A stretch of DNA of 58,677 nt, the filler included, from Sphacelaria rigidula (lineage: Eukaryota): the NCBI GenBank assembly GCA_964200075.2. It is 5 parts of 5 records of this genome, joined end to end, with 100 filler letters (N's around TTAATTAATTAA, not from the genome) between each part and the next. Parts side by side here need not be neighbours in the genome. Positions count along the whole stretch, not along the records: positions 23,514 to 35,168 come from CAXNAA020004657.1; positions 35,269 to 46,923 come from CAXNAA020004658.1; 3 more parts are not named here. One strand, 5' to 3'. A model generated the notes under the pieces. That model made no database searches and was not told the origin of the DNA. It saw only the letters and a list, made by a program, of their open reading frames with translations. The position numbers and the translations under genes were made by a program. Position 1 is the stretch's first letter. Each line of letters opens with the position of its first letter. Shown piece after piece: positions 25,020 through 37,750 of the stretch.

Positions 25020-26675
25020 ATGCGAGACATGACACCGACACCATCAGTAAGGCGGAGAAAAAGAGCGGTGTATGTGATGATGGGCTTGCTTGCGGCCTTT
25101 CCATCTGCGGCTGGAGCTTCCGGAGAAGGATCGAGGCCTTCTGTTCCTGGATGGACGAATACACGTGGTGATGGATATCCTCAGGTACGATTACTGCTGA
25201 GCGGCCAGTGGCGTCCCGCAAGTGTAGATATATCATGTGTTGCGCACCCCAATGCTTTGTTCGGGTTCGGACATCGATTTGACCGTGCCATCTGCAGCAC
25301 GAAGCGTCGCGTACGTGATACTTGGTGACTATGCGTTGTCGTGTACGCAATTATCTACTGCTTCGTTGCAGTTTGTGTTGCAAGTTACTCGCCTCTACCT
25401 TCGAGCACGTGTTCCCAAGAGCGGCGTAAAACAAGGCGGTACGCTGTCATACCGTACCAACCAAAAATCATCCTCATAAGTGATATGGTTGTTGCGGTGA
25501 GTTTGCTGCGCGCCGTACCTCACAGATGTTGCTGCCACGTTCTGACAGCATCACAGATTATGCTGCAGCTTTCACCAAATCACCCGTAGTGGTATTGTCG
25601 GTAGCTGCGTGCATACTAGTGTTGTACACTGTACTTGAGTTTGACAAAAATCTCCGCTGCATCTGTATGTCTGAAGAACAGTACCCGTACTGTATCTTGC
25701 GAGTTGTGTACGTTCTTTTTCTCCGGCACATGTCCAGGACGTCCATGACATGTGAAACAAACGGTCAGCTTCTCACGGCTGCACAGTCAACGTGTCGTCG
25801 TCATGCTCATTCATTATTTACCGCCATTTTTGGGTGTAGAGGCCGCTTGTTACCCCACCAAAACAGCACTCCTTGAAAAAGTGTACTCATGCTGTGCTAG
25901 GAAGTGCACTCATGCTGTGCTAGGAAGTGCTCCGTGTCCGATAGTATTGTTGCCGTCGCCTGGCATATGCCGAATTCACCTAGGTAAATTTTTGAGCCCA
26001 ACCCTCTCGAGACGTAAGTCGTCAGTGCACCCTTTTGAGCAAGATCGCAACTTTTCCCTCCACGCCGACACACGGGCGAACCGCCAATCCGTATGCCTCT
26101 AGCCTTTTTGAAGGAAACGAAGGGCATGTGACACATTGCGTTCGTCTGCTGTGTTTACCTTCGTTGCAGAACAGTTCATCGCTTCGTTTGGTGCTTCTAT
26201 AATGCTGACGGTCGCACAGATCAGGTAATCAGAAGTTTTCCTAGTGCATTGCCCGTCTCAGCTTGTGCGCAGACTGGGGCGATCAAACCCTGTGTCAGCA
26301 AGGTCTTCGAGTAATATGGTTGACCGCCTCAGCCCTCTTCCTTCAAACCCGCCTCGCTTGCTCCTTCAGCAGCAGCACAACGCACGGCCATTATCAGAGC
26401 AAGCAGAAAACGAAAACACTGCCGCACGCGACGCTTCAGCCGCCGCGGCGAGGGGATGGAGGCGTCAGCAATCTGCCCGATTACGACAAAAGGCCGGGGG
26501 CTCGGATGCCTCACAGGGAGAACATGGCAAAGCCAATGTTGGAGGGGCGGGAGTGGTAAATGAGGGGGCAATGAAAGGGTTGGGGGTGAGGATTGATGAG
26601 CGTGGTTCCAAAGGAGGGCTGAGCGGAGTTTCGTCTTCGGAAGAGGAGGCGTGCTTATTGGCTGAGGAGGGAGAG
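25020..26675 (+). CDS. Candidate orphan gene, first two exons (25020-25184, 26262-26675 or -26696), with an N-terminal signal/TM segment; 3' end unresolved
   Basis: ATG at 25020, basic stretch then a hydrophobic segment (RRRKRAVYVMMGLLAAFPSAAGA); donor CAG|GTACGA; phase-0 acceptor TCTCAG|CTT; open 138-aa low-complexity exon; donor GAG|GTGAGA. No recognisable homology. Confidence 0.4.
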
Positions 26676-27352
26676 GTGAGACGACTGGAATATGAAGTAG
26701 GGTTGATTATTGGTTTAGACGGGATGAGCTCTGCCATGGGCGTCTGCTTTGCATAGCTTCGAGCGCGCCGCCCGCGTCATGTCTCCATTGCAAAATCACT
26801 TGTACTGTGCGATCAAGCCAAGCGTGCGTTCGACAATGCTCGTGTACCGTACAAGGACCAAGGGTTGTCGATAGGGATTCAGCTTGACAGCAACCGCGAC
26901 CACGTCCGCAGTTTATTATTATTATTATCTTAATTATTAATAGCGTAAATGCCTCTCCGCTCCATACATAGATTAGTATAGCGCTGAAGTTTAAATCAAT
27001 ACTCAATCCAAGTAAAACAAAAGAAATCGGCACACTATTTTGCAATATTCTCTCTGTCTGATGCAGTGCCAATGAAATCCGACAGCCGTGGGTGTTCCTG
27101 TTGAAACAAATCTTGCTCAACGGACGTGACACAAACACATGACTGAACGCCGGCAAATACACAGTGCAGGGCGTGTATCGCAGGCGATGCTCTCTCGCGA
27201 CAACCTGTGCTGTACAATAGGGTCCTGTCGTGCATCGAGCATAGTGCAGTACAGTACCGCACCGAGCACATGTTTCTCTTCGCTATCACTGAAATACAAC
27301 ACATACGAATCAAGATGAAAGCGGACAGACACACTGTTGCACTGTTTGCAAG

Positions 27353-27440
27353 CAATGAAATCCTTTCTTAACAATGAAATCCTTTCTTAACAATGAAATC
27401 CTTTCTTAACAATGAAATCCTTTCTTAACAATGAAATCCA
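27353..27440. repeat. 19-bp minisatellite (CAATGAAATCCTTTCTTAA) x4.6
   Basis: Perfect tandem copies read directly. Confidence 0.95.
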
Positions 27441-27633
27441 ATAGCCGTGACTGCTCCTGTTGGAACTCACCTGGCTCGACGGGCGTAATACAAACAAATG
27501 ACGGAACGCCGACAAATACACAGTGTAGTGCGTGCATCGCAGGCGGTGCTCTCTCGCGACAACCCGCGCTGTACAGTATTGTACTACCGTCTGTCCGGTG
27601 CGCTTCAGTTCGGCTGTGTACGGTTATGCACTA

Positions 27634-28188
27634 CAGTAGTGGGCGGTCTAACTGTTCAGGGGTGTTTTGGAGTTTTCCTCGCGTACTACTCTTCGATACA
27701 ACTCGAAATTGCTACGCAGCGTCGGTAGATTTTGGTACAACAAAGAGATTATCCTCGAAACGTAGTGCCCAAGTCAGAGTTAGTTGGTGTTTCTGGGCGA
27801 TACGAGTAAATACCCCGTTCATCAGGAGAGTGTTATTGACCGTGAAACACAGTTTTTCGGCTCTGGTGCAATGAGTAGGCAGAATTTGAGAAAAATAAAA
27901 CTGTACATCTCTTCACAAATATGATCGGGACAGGCTCGATCGACCGAAAATACTGAAGAGCAAGAATCTGGGCTAAAACGTGGCAGGACCCCCGATGACC
28001 GATCAGCCCGTAAGTCACTCAATATTGAGTACAGATGAAGAAAATTCTCTTGGAGTGTGGAGCGGATACAAATATCCTCAGATCCTCAATGTGATAAGCG
28101 GTGGCAAGCGAAAAGATCCCAAGAAAATCGTCAGTTACGAAAAAATCACAAAATGCCACAAAATAAATAGTCAGACCGCCCAGTACTG
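27634..28188. mobile_element. Non-autonomous Tc1/mariner-like DNA transposon
   Basis: TIRs CAGTAGTGGGCGGTCTAACT / AGTCAGACCGCCCAGTACTG (18 of 20 matching), flanked by TA on both sides; interrupts a tandem-repeat unit. Confidence 0.75.
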
Positions 28189-29206
28189 TACCACTGTTGT
28201 ACTGTACTGTCTGTCGAGTAGTAGCAGGTGCAAATATACTTCCGCACACCAGTTTAAAATCAAGACATTTGTAGACAGGTATGTCTCGGAACGCCAACAA
28301 ATATTCAGTTTGTACTTCGCAAGCGATGCTCTCTCGCGACAACCCGCGCTGTACAATATTGTACTACCGTCTGTTCCATGCGCTTCGGTTCGGCTACTTA
28401 CGGTTATGCACCACTGTTGTACTGTACTGTCTTTCGAGTGATGATAGAGGTGCAAATGTACTTCCGCACACCACTTTGAAATCAAATCAATTGTAGACAA
28501 GCATGTCTCGGGACGCCGACAAATATAACGTGCGTGCATCGTAGGCGATGCTCTCTCGCGACAACCCGCGCTGTACAAAATTGTACTACCGCCTGCTTCG
28601 TCCACTTCAGTTCGGCTATGTGCGGTTATGCACTACTGTTGTACTGTACTGTCCGTCGAGTAATGACAACGGTGCACTTGTACTTCCGCACACAACCTTG
28701 AAATCAAAACAAATTTAGACATATACATTTCCAACGTGCGGGCGCGAAACACTGGTGATATTGACAGCATGCAACACGACACACGACAGCTCACCTCACT
28801 GCGTCCCTCTGAACATCCTCGCAACACGCTCCCGAACGACGCGGTTTCCTTTTTTCGGTAAAGGGTGGTGTTGAGTAAACACCAGAGTTTCAATTTGGAT
28901 TGTTGGATATGCATACTTTCATGAGTTATCTGAGGTTTGCCGCAGGTAAGCTCCGCCCCCCGATTTATGAATATCATACCAACGTCGTCTGTTTGTGTGC
29001 GGGTGGATTCAATAATGACGTTCATTAGATCGGCGGGTTCGACTCTGCCAGCAGTTTCTGTCGAAAAAACCTGCGCCAGCAGACACACGCCGGGCGCACC
29101 ATACCCTGTGGAATTGGTCCGATTCTGCCTGAAGGTTCTGTTGATATGCCTGCACCAGTGGACATACGCTGAGCGGTCGGCAGCAGTCCAGAAAATCGCA
29201 GTATTT

Positions 29207-30996
29207 CAACGGTGGGTCGAGTAGAGTATGCTCAATACTCGGTATTTTTGAAGTATCATACTTTTAGTACTCGAAGTTTGAGTAGAGTATCCGAGACTAT
29301 TCTCAACCTACTCAAGATTTGAGTACAGTATTGGAGACCGCACTCAACCTACTCAAAAATTGAGTAGAGTATTGAGGTCATACTCAAGTGATACTCTATA
29401 CTCAAAGCATTCCTGAGAGTGCTTACTCAATATTTGAGCAGAGTATTTGAGGTCGTACTCGATCCACTCAAAATTTGAGTAGAGTATTGGAGGCCGTACT
29501 CAACGTACTCGAAATTTGAGTAGAGTATTTGAGACCATACTCAACCTACTCAAAAATTGAGTAGAGTATTGAGGTCATGCTCAAGTGATACTCTATACTC
29601 AGGTATTACTAAGAGCTTACTCAATATTTGAGTGGAGTATTTGAGGTCGTACTCGACCTACTGAAAATTTGAGTAGAGTATTCGAGGCCGTACTCAACCT
29701 ACTCAAACGTTGAGTAGAGTATCTGAGGCCGTACTCGGCCTACTCAAACGTTGAGTATGGAGTATTCGAGGCCGTACTCGACCTACTAAAATTTTGAGTA
29801 GAGTATCTGATGCCGGATCCGATGTACCGAAAACCTATAACTTCAACTGCAATATTAAAGTTCGTACGCAAGATACTCAAACCCGGGTAGAGGAAATACC
29901 GAGGTATTCCTAGAGTTGCCTACCCATGATGAGGGTTCATTCAAGGTCAAACTGTCTTGTCAAACCGTCTTGCTCTTTTTCCACCGCTGACTCTCCCATG
30001 GAGGAGTCACATATGTGGCCAGTAGAGTCGCTCATTTTGATAATACCTACTCGACCACTCGTCTACTCTATTACTCGCCGACGATGAGTAGCGCTCTGTA
30101 CTGAAGTGATATCGAAGGCATTGTGAGGTATCGAGTATGAACTGCCGTGGGTGGGGGTTGGTGAGATGGGGCGCTGGGGAAGGTAGGTTCGTTCACCTGC
30201 ACGTTTTTTATTTATTTTTGTGGCCATCATTCGCTCATACTCCTTGTTGGCTGTGATGTAACGCCGCCCATCTTATTGTCGTTCGCGCATGCATTCGACA
30301 TCGTCTGTGGAGTGACGTCGCGAAGTCGCCGACTGTCAGGGGTACTCACAATACCCAAGGGGTACTCTATACTCGAGTATTCCTGAGAATACCTACTCAA
30401 GATTTGAGTACAGTATTGGAGACCACACTCGACCTACTCAGAATTTGAGTACAGTATTTGAGACCATACTCAACCTACTCGAAATTTGAGTACAGTATTT
30501 GAGGCCGTACTCAACGTACTCAAAATTTGAGTAAAGTGCTGGAGGCCGTACTCGGCCTACTCAAACGTTGAGTAGAGTATTGGAGGTCGTACTCGACCTA
30601 CTAAAAATTTGAGTAGAGTATTGAAGGTCGTACTCGACCTGCTCATAATTTGAGTAGAGTATTTGAGACCATACTCAACCTACTCGAAATTTGAGTACAG
30701 TATTGGAGGCCGTACTCGACCTCTTCAAAATTTGAGTACAGTATTGAGGTCATGCTCAAGTGATACTCTATACTCAAGTATTACGGAGAGCTTACTCAAT
30801 CTTTGAGTAGAGTATTTGAGGTCGTACTCGACCTACTCAATATTTGAGTAGAGTATTGGAGGCCGTACTCAACGTACTCAAACGTTGAGTACAGTATTGG
30901 AGGCCGTACTCGATCTACTCAAACGCCGAGTGCAGTGAATACTTGAGTATTTTACTCGAGTACTGAAGAGTACATACTCTACTCGACCTACCCTTG
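29207..30996. mobile_element. Non-autonomous hAT-like transposon with two long subterminal arrays of ~40-bp palindromic repeats
   Basis: 8-bp TSD CAGTATTT at 29199-29206 and 30997-31004; TIRs CAACGGTGGGTCGAGTAGAGTATG / CATACTCTACTCGACCTACCCTTG; arrays at about 29260-29810 and 30345-30960. Confidence 0.85.
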
Positions 30997-31142
30997 CAGT
31001 ATTTCTGAAGCTATGTGCAGATCTGGGCTTCGATTTGGAGTAGGGTCACACCAATTCGAGGAATACCAGTTGATTGGATTGTTTGATTATCTGTCCAAGC
31101 TCATGAATATTTGGTAACCATCAACTGGGATTGATTCCTTGA

Positions 31143-31268
31143 TGAACGCTTTTGGAACCCGTTGACGATTAGTGTTTAGGTGAATCGGCATCATTTTTAG
31201 TCATTTTCAAGTCAAAATGATGCCGATTCACGAAAACAAAGCTCGTCAGTGGGTTCCAAAAGGGTTAA
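31143..31268. mobile_element. piggyBac-like MITE (family B-related)
   Basis: CGCTTTTGGAACCC...GGGTTCCAAAAGGG followed by TTAA; internal GAATCGGCATC...GATGCCGATTC inverted pair. Confidence 0.7.
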
Positions 31269-31286
31269 GTCAACCGGTCATGATCA

Positions 31287-31758
31287 GGCCACTTCTCATG
31301 TGTCGAGGTATACATCTTGTCGAAAAGTGTATTTTCGACCCATCTCCATCGTTTTCACCCAAAAAAAGGGATAGGCGGATGTCGACACCCTGGAATGACT
31401 TGCTCTACTTGTTGAGACCGTTCCAGAGCATTTTTGCGTTTTCCGTAAGTTACAGTTTCGTTTTTTTTGCCAAACTTGCATATTCAATGATAAACGGTCA
31501 AGTTATCAAAAAACAGGGGGGGAACTGCCATCTTTTTTCATAACTTGATCGTTTGTCATTGAAAATGCACGTTCGGCCAAGAACGAAACTGTGACGTGCG
31601 GAAAACGCGAAGGTGCTCTGGAACGGTCTCAACGAGTACAGCAAGTCCTTCCAAGGTGTCAGCATCCGCCTAGCCCTCTTTTCGGGCGAAAAACGACGGA
31701 GATGGGCCAACAACGCACTTTTCAACAAGATTTATATTTTGATACATGAGAGGTGGCC
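31287..31758. mobile_element. Foldback PIF/Harbinger (Tourist)-like MITE with ~225-bp inverted arms
   Basis: Termini GGCCAC.../...GTGGCC, 3-bp TSD TCA on both sides; arms pair along nearly their whole length around a ~20-bp loop. A related arm fragment lies at about 16720-16810. Confidence 0.75.
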
Positions 31759-32224
31759 TCAGCTAGGTTCTTATGATACGTGATCACTGTCCGAAAAAAC
31801 ATGTTCGAAAAATAATTGCCCCGACAACGACCGGTCTTGAGTCTTCGGCTACTTCTTATGTATTGAGAAAAACGTCTTGAAAAAAAACGTTTTTCGTCAG
31901 CACGTTTTTCACCAGAATTTTTTCAAGTAGCCCGTCTTACGTGATTGACGCTATTTACATTGGAAAAGAAGTGTTCATCGCTCTCTACAAGGCGTGTGGG
32001 CATAATTTCAAATTCTGAGGCGCGCGAGAGAGACACGACACTCTGCTGTCGTACCGTGGTGTACAGTCCCCACTGTCGGTCTATACTACTGTAATATGTT
32101 AACCGAGTAATACATGGTGGGCTGCGTGACGCAAGACAAGCAATGAGAACACCACCTTGCTGTACCAAGTGACTGTAAAGCTGACGGTTGGGCTTTCCGC
32201 TACACCGTCGTACTCGATCGTACG

Positions 32225-32660
32225 TACATCACAGACAACAGTACAGACAGTGCTGTACTGTATGCATTGGTTGTAGTACTACAACAGTAGCACTATCCAT
32301 GGTCTTGTGTGCACTGTCAGTACGGTCCTGTCTCTACAAGGCTTGGATGCGTAGGCAGTCTGTACTGCAACGTGACGTCTGTTCGCAGCACGTTGCATGC
32401 ACAGACCTGAACTGAGCTAGCTATAGTTTCGTTTTTCACAGTAGTACCCGATTGTACGGGCAGCACGGACAACAGTACAGACAGTACTGTGTTGTATGCA
32501 TTGGATGTACTACAGTAGTAGCACTACGTATCTCATAGTGTTGTGTGTACTGTCAGTCCAGCCCTGTCTCTACAAGGCTTGGGTGCGTGGGCAGTCCGTA
32601 GAGCATTGCGACGGCTGTTCGCAACACGCTGCGTGCACGGATCTGAACTGAGCTACAATA
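32225..32660. repeat. Diverged direct duplication (~200-bp units at about 32233-32420 and 32468-32655)
   Basis: GACAACAGTACAGACAGT...CCTGTCTCTACAAGGCTTGG...CTGAACTGAGCTA is present twice. Confidence 0.75.
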
Positions 32661-35075
32661 TTGTACAGACTACATAAAGACTGTCCTGTCTGTACAGCAC
32701 TCGCCATCGACCCTGTCCTATACTGTTCTCATGGGGTAAGGGCCACCACGCTACTGGCAAGCGAAGGACAATGATGCAACACGCTGAATGCCCGCGAGCA
32801 CCAGCGACAGCAGTAGTGATGGCAGCCAAGCCATCACAGTGCTGTCATGGGCTGTAAGGTGTGTTGGACGTTTTTTCAATAACATTCTTCGATAGCCCAA
32901 GGTTATCAGAAAATCACGATTATCTGATGACTTGGGCCATCGGAAAATGTTATCAGAAAAATTCTCATCAGAAAACGCGTTTTCTGATCACATAATAAGT
33001 GGGTTTTTGCTTATTGATAAGAAAATGCGTTTTTTATGGAGTTTTTTTCAAATAGATAAGAAGTACCCTTATCGACAAGCAGTTTTGTCCTGATCGAAGC
33101 CCATATCTCCACACATGTACAAAAATGCGGCGGTTCTGGAAGTGGCCGTTAGTCCAATATCTCTGTACTGCTGCAGACAAGACGCAACAAGGTGACACAA
33201 CTCCTGCACACCGAACCACGAAAACCCACGCACACACACACCACTCACGCGCATTAGCTCCAGCTGTACCTCTTGATCACCTACACACGGCAGTCGGAAA
33301 TCCGTCCTATTTTGGATGAGAAGCGGCCGCGTGCGTCTCAACTTGCGACTGAAAACGTGGCGTTCCTGACTGGTTGTGAGCGTATGCTGTACTCGCGTCT
33401 CACGCTAATCATCATATAATACTGACTTCCGAATTGATTCGAGCAAGGTTACGCACAGCATGCTCAGCTGATGAGCAGCTATGGATCGAGCTTTGTGTTT
33501 TGGTTTGCGAGGGCAATGCGATCCTCAGATTCACGGTTGATTGTGTTGAGTTGTCTGTCAAGCCTTTGGTTACGCCCCTGTCGACGGGACGTTTTATGTG
33601 GTGTCACTGAATCACTTTGCAACAGTGAGTTTGTGGCACACGTTTGGGGGGGTGGTTTTGCAGCAACCAATCACGTCCCTTTTTCCAAAAGTATTTGTTT
33701 GAAAAGTGATGATCGCTTCCTACAAGTAACCGCTCCAGTTGACTATTTTGAAAGTGTCAGAGCAGCAAATATACCTCGATGAGCCGATAATTCATGGTGA
33801 ATGAATTCACTGCACACGCGCACGTCAACATCATTGCCCTGTGTATTACTACAGCTGTATTCGTGGACACCAGCTGTAATATACTAGTGTGATGTCTACT
33901 CAACACACCATGCACCGGTCTCCTTGTACGGTGCTGGGGTATTCTCATTGTTTGACATGTCGTTACACAGTAGTACGTCGACTTGCGGGTGCGACAGATG
34001 AATAGGTACGGCACCGCCCTACCCACTACCCATAAACCGTCGTCAGAGATGAACACCCACATCTTCTATTTTTTGCATGCCACAGTGTTATGTTTCCTTC
34101 CCGTCCGGTGCCCTGCAGGCAGTATTTGAAGACACCCAACCCCTCACATTGAAAATTAACAGCGCCGCCGACAAGGCGGTATCGGTTGTACTTCTAGCTT
34201 GACCGTTGTCAAGTGAGGGAGAATCGTCGATGCGGCATCACCGGCGGCGGGTGCAGCACTCACACCGCGACTGATCGCGACCCTCACGGTGCAGAGTTGC
34301 GTGTAACCCTGAGCGTACTGCTCTATTGCTGATATGTATGGCGTGCGTTCTGTTGTGCGCTGCTACGGCTAAGTGTGAGCAATGTTGTGCAGATGTCCTG
34401 TAGCCGTGTACCGTCGACTTGAGCTTATTCATTGTTTGCTCCCGCATGCCGCAGGCAAAAAGATGGCGTTACACGATGGAAACGCCTCTTTTATTTCCGT
34501 AAATACTACTAGTCAACCCTTGGTTAATCGTTGGTGTGCAACCCTAAATCTGGACAATCTTGCTTCTCGGTGAGACTAGAAACTGGTTGTTGTTGGGGCG
34601 ATCAATTTTCAGAAGTGATTTTTCGAAAAGTGATTATTATTCTCGATAATATTCCGCGTAAGGGCATGTCTCAGCAAACGTGCGGTGGGGAAGAGAAAAT
34701 CGATCTGGCAGGTCGCCTCGTCAACATAAATGGCCATAGGCACGCCTTGAGGAGATCTTACTGTACATCCGGTGGTGGGTTGGACGAGTGACGGAACGCC
34801 ATTCTGCTCGGTTTGGATAGATTCTCCATGAAATGTAGCGCTAGCAGGTTGGCGCCAACACTATCAGGTTTTCTTTCTTTCGTAATGCTTACGGTTTGCC
34901 ACGGGGTTGGAAATACTTTTCTGTTTTTACCGATAAAGTAGGGTTAATGTCAGGGTCGTTTTGATTTTTCATCATGCTTGGTCAAAGACTGCACGCGTGC
35001 GACACAAGTGGTGTGGATACCTGCTGCGGCACTGCTGCCACGCGCGTCAGCCGTGGCTTACCACTAGCTATGTAT

Positions 35076-35103
35076 TCATTATTATTATTATTAATAATAT
35101 TAA

Positions 35104-35168
<65 letters not shown>
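35076..35168. repeat. (ATT)n microsatellite at contig end
   Basis: Read directly. Confidence 0.95.
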
Positions 35169-35268
35169 NNNNNNNNNNNNNNNNNNNNNNNNNNNNNNNN
35201 NNNNNNNNNNNNTTAATTAATTAANNNNNNNNNNNNNNNNNNNNNNNNNNNNNNNNNNNNNNNNNNNN
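35169..35268. other. Artificial contig linker
   Basis: N44-TTAATTAATTAA-N44. Confidence 0.97.
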
Positions 35269-36774
35269 AACGTCGATCCTGAGGTGTTTTGGACTACTGC
35301 GCGGTCCTCTAAGCACGCGGTCCTCTCACGCATTACAAACACCCTGAGTGCGAGCCTGAAAGGTGATGCGTTGTGTACGCGGATCGAAACATTCCAAGCT
35401 GTAGCGCGAGTCAAGGAAGGATCTCGTGATACGCACATGTACCTCAGTAATATGGTGCAGGCTTGAACAAAAGCACTGGATACAAAAAGGATATACCCAG
35501 CAACTGAAAGCAGCGACTCATGCGTTCTGCTGCGCACCAGCTCACCCGAGGTCAGCCAGGAGCCGTATGAGAAGCGGTGCTCGAAAAACCGTGTAGAACG
35601 ATTTTGGAGAGCGCCTACTGTTTAGTTAGTTCCTCGGAACACTTGAGATGAAGTATAGGGAGCACATGTGATAACCGTTGTGCCCAAGGGTACCAATATT
35701 TACTCAATTCATGCCACAAAATCCAGCGGACCATAGCGTGATTCAAACGTTGTAGCGTGTACGTTCCGACCTGTACACGGTTAGGACGAATCAGAGTTCA
35801 TACGAGTTGACTCCCCATCAAATGACAGGATTCAACCTGTATATATTGTCGGTCCCGCTGAGTCGAGGGTGGATAACACATATGCAGTGCAGGTATCTTG
35901 CGCGCATTACAGATGGGAGAAAAGTACGCGTGGTTCAGGGCCGATGATTTGAGAGGGTTCAGCCTGCATCAATTGTTGGTCCTGCATTAACCCAAAGGTG
36001 GGAAACGTATGCACTCACCTCGAATGACTCGGTCAAGCAAACGTTGTACATGTCGTTCACATCTCATGATGGTAAGAAGTGCGTGGCATGCACAACCAAT
36101 TCATTCAAATTGCAGTACAGGGGATGAACATGTGCCCATGATATACCCTGTATTCACGGAAAGTAGGAAACGGGTACCTTTGGCATGTACTACACGACTC
36201 ACGACCTGAAAACCTGTATAAATTACAGATGATGTACGAATCGTATGATTTATTCGGTTGAATGATTCCATGAGTTGAATCACGATCTTGTTTTTCGTCC
36301 TAACCATGGACTTGTATCCTTCAGCGGCTTTCATTGGTGGTTGCTCATCGAAACTCAATGATCAGATGTGTTTACAACCACGCCATCTACCGTACCCATG
36401 AAAATAACGGTCACACGATGACGCATGCAGAATGGCGGCGAAACATGAAGAACCATGGATTTCGGTGAGGACGGAGGGTAGCGTCGGGTAGCCGAGCTCG
36501 TGACGAAAGAGGACCGCGAGGCGGAGACGAGGAGAGTAGAAGAGCGCATTCGCTTGAGAGGAACATAAGTTTTTTGTCTATTGGATTCTGATATGGTTGT
36601 TGCGGTTGTTGCTACCTCGACATGTCGTCAGGGTAATAGTCGGCGGAGCGCTCCCAACCAGTACGGTATCAACGGCACTATTGACAGAAATGTGTCGAGA
36701 CTCCCACTCGACCTAAATAGATATGAAGAAGGGATGATGGGAATCTGCTGTCGTACTCGAATCATACGAAATAT

Positions 36775-37750
36775 CAGGGTTAGTATTTTTGGGAAATTAT
36801 CGAGGTTATACCCGGGTGATACTTTACACTCGGGTATTGCTGAGGGTACTCGCCCAAAATTGTGGTGAAGCATTCGAGGTCGAACCCGATCACCCACACC
36901 TTCGCGTGACGTGAATACCTGTGTTCATAAGTATGAACTTCAAGTTTATCTTGTCAACTTGCACTTGTATCCAAGGTTTAAATAACCCCGCACTCGTGCG
37001 TCTACTTATCCCCTCTGCAGAATACGTTTCAGACAACGCACACTACCGCAATAACTACTCTCAGTAACGTGGTACGCTTTATTATCCGCATCGTCGCTGA
37101 GTTTCACGCCCCTCTACTCGTCTATACACTCACTAAACGATATAGTAGCCGGTCTGTGCACCGAAATAACTATTTCCGGTAGCTTACTTCCACTCTATTT
37201 AGTTTTGTATATTCATGAATCGAGGAGGTAGTGGCTGCTCTGTACTGAAAACCGAACTCTGGCGAAGAAACTACACGCCTTCTTGCTGGTGGCCATCATT
37301 GGCCCTCACTGTCTAGGCAGTTTGTGAAGCGACGTCACGAAGTCACCAACAGTCGGGGTTAGGGTAACGGTTGGTTACTGAAATTACTCACCCAATAGAT
37401 GGGTAAATAATTTGAGGTCGTATTCAATCTAGCCAAATTTTGGTAAAGTATTTGAGGTACCCTGTCGGGTAGAATACCGAAGGCACACCCAAGTGACACC
37501 CTATACCCGGGCATCGCTGAGAGTACTTATTCACCCACAGTTTGGGTAGGATATTTGAGGTACCCCAAAAAACGATATTTAGGTAGAGTATTCAAGATCA
37601 TACCCAATCTAGCCAAACCTTCGGCAGAGTTCTTGAGGCCATACCCAATTTGAGGCCGCACTCGATCCACCCGAACCTTCGGTTGAGTAAACACCAGGAT
37701 ATTTTTAAGCCTGTACTCCAAGCATACATACCAAACCTGACTTGCCCTTG
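36775..37750. mobile_element. Older, diverged relative of the 29207-30996 hAT-like element; left end uncertain
   Basis: Shares internal blocks (GCTCTGTACTGAA; GTGGCCATCATT; GACGTCRCGAAGTCRCC), similar subterminal repeats and the ...CCCTTG right terminus. Confidence 0.6.

Larger units (their letters stand above)
27070..28720. repeat. Diverged tandem repeat of about 220-bp units
   Basis: Core GCGATGCTCTCTCGCGACAACCCGCGCTGTACA recurs near 27183, 27542, 28323 and 28544; interrupted by a 19-bp minisatellite and a Tc1-like insertion. Confidence 0.8.

Noticed and set aside
29260..30960. Regularly spaced palindromic ~40-bp repeats resembling a CRISPR array
   Set aside because: Units are directly tandem without unique spacers, no cas genes are present, and the arrays lie inside TIRs with an 8-bp TSD in eukaryotic DNA.
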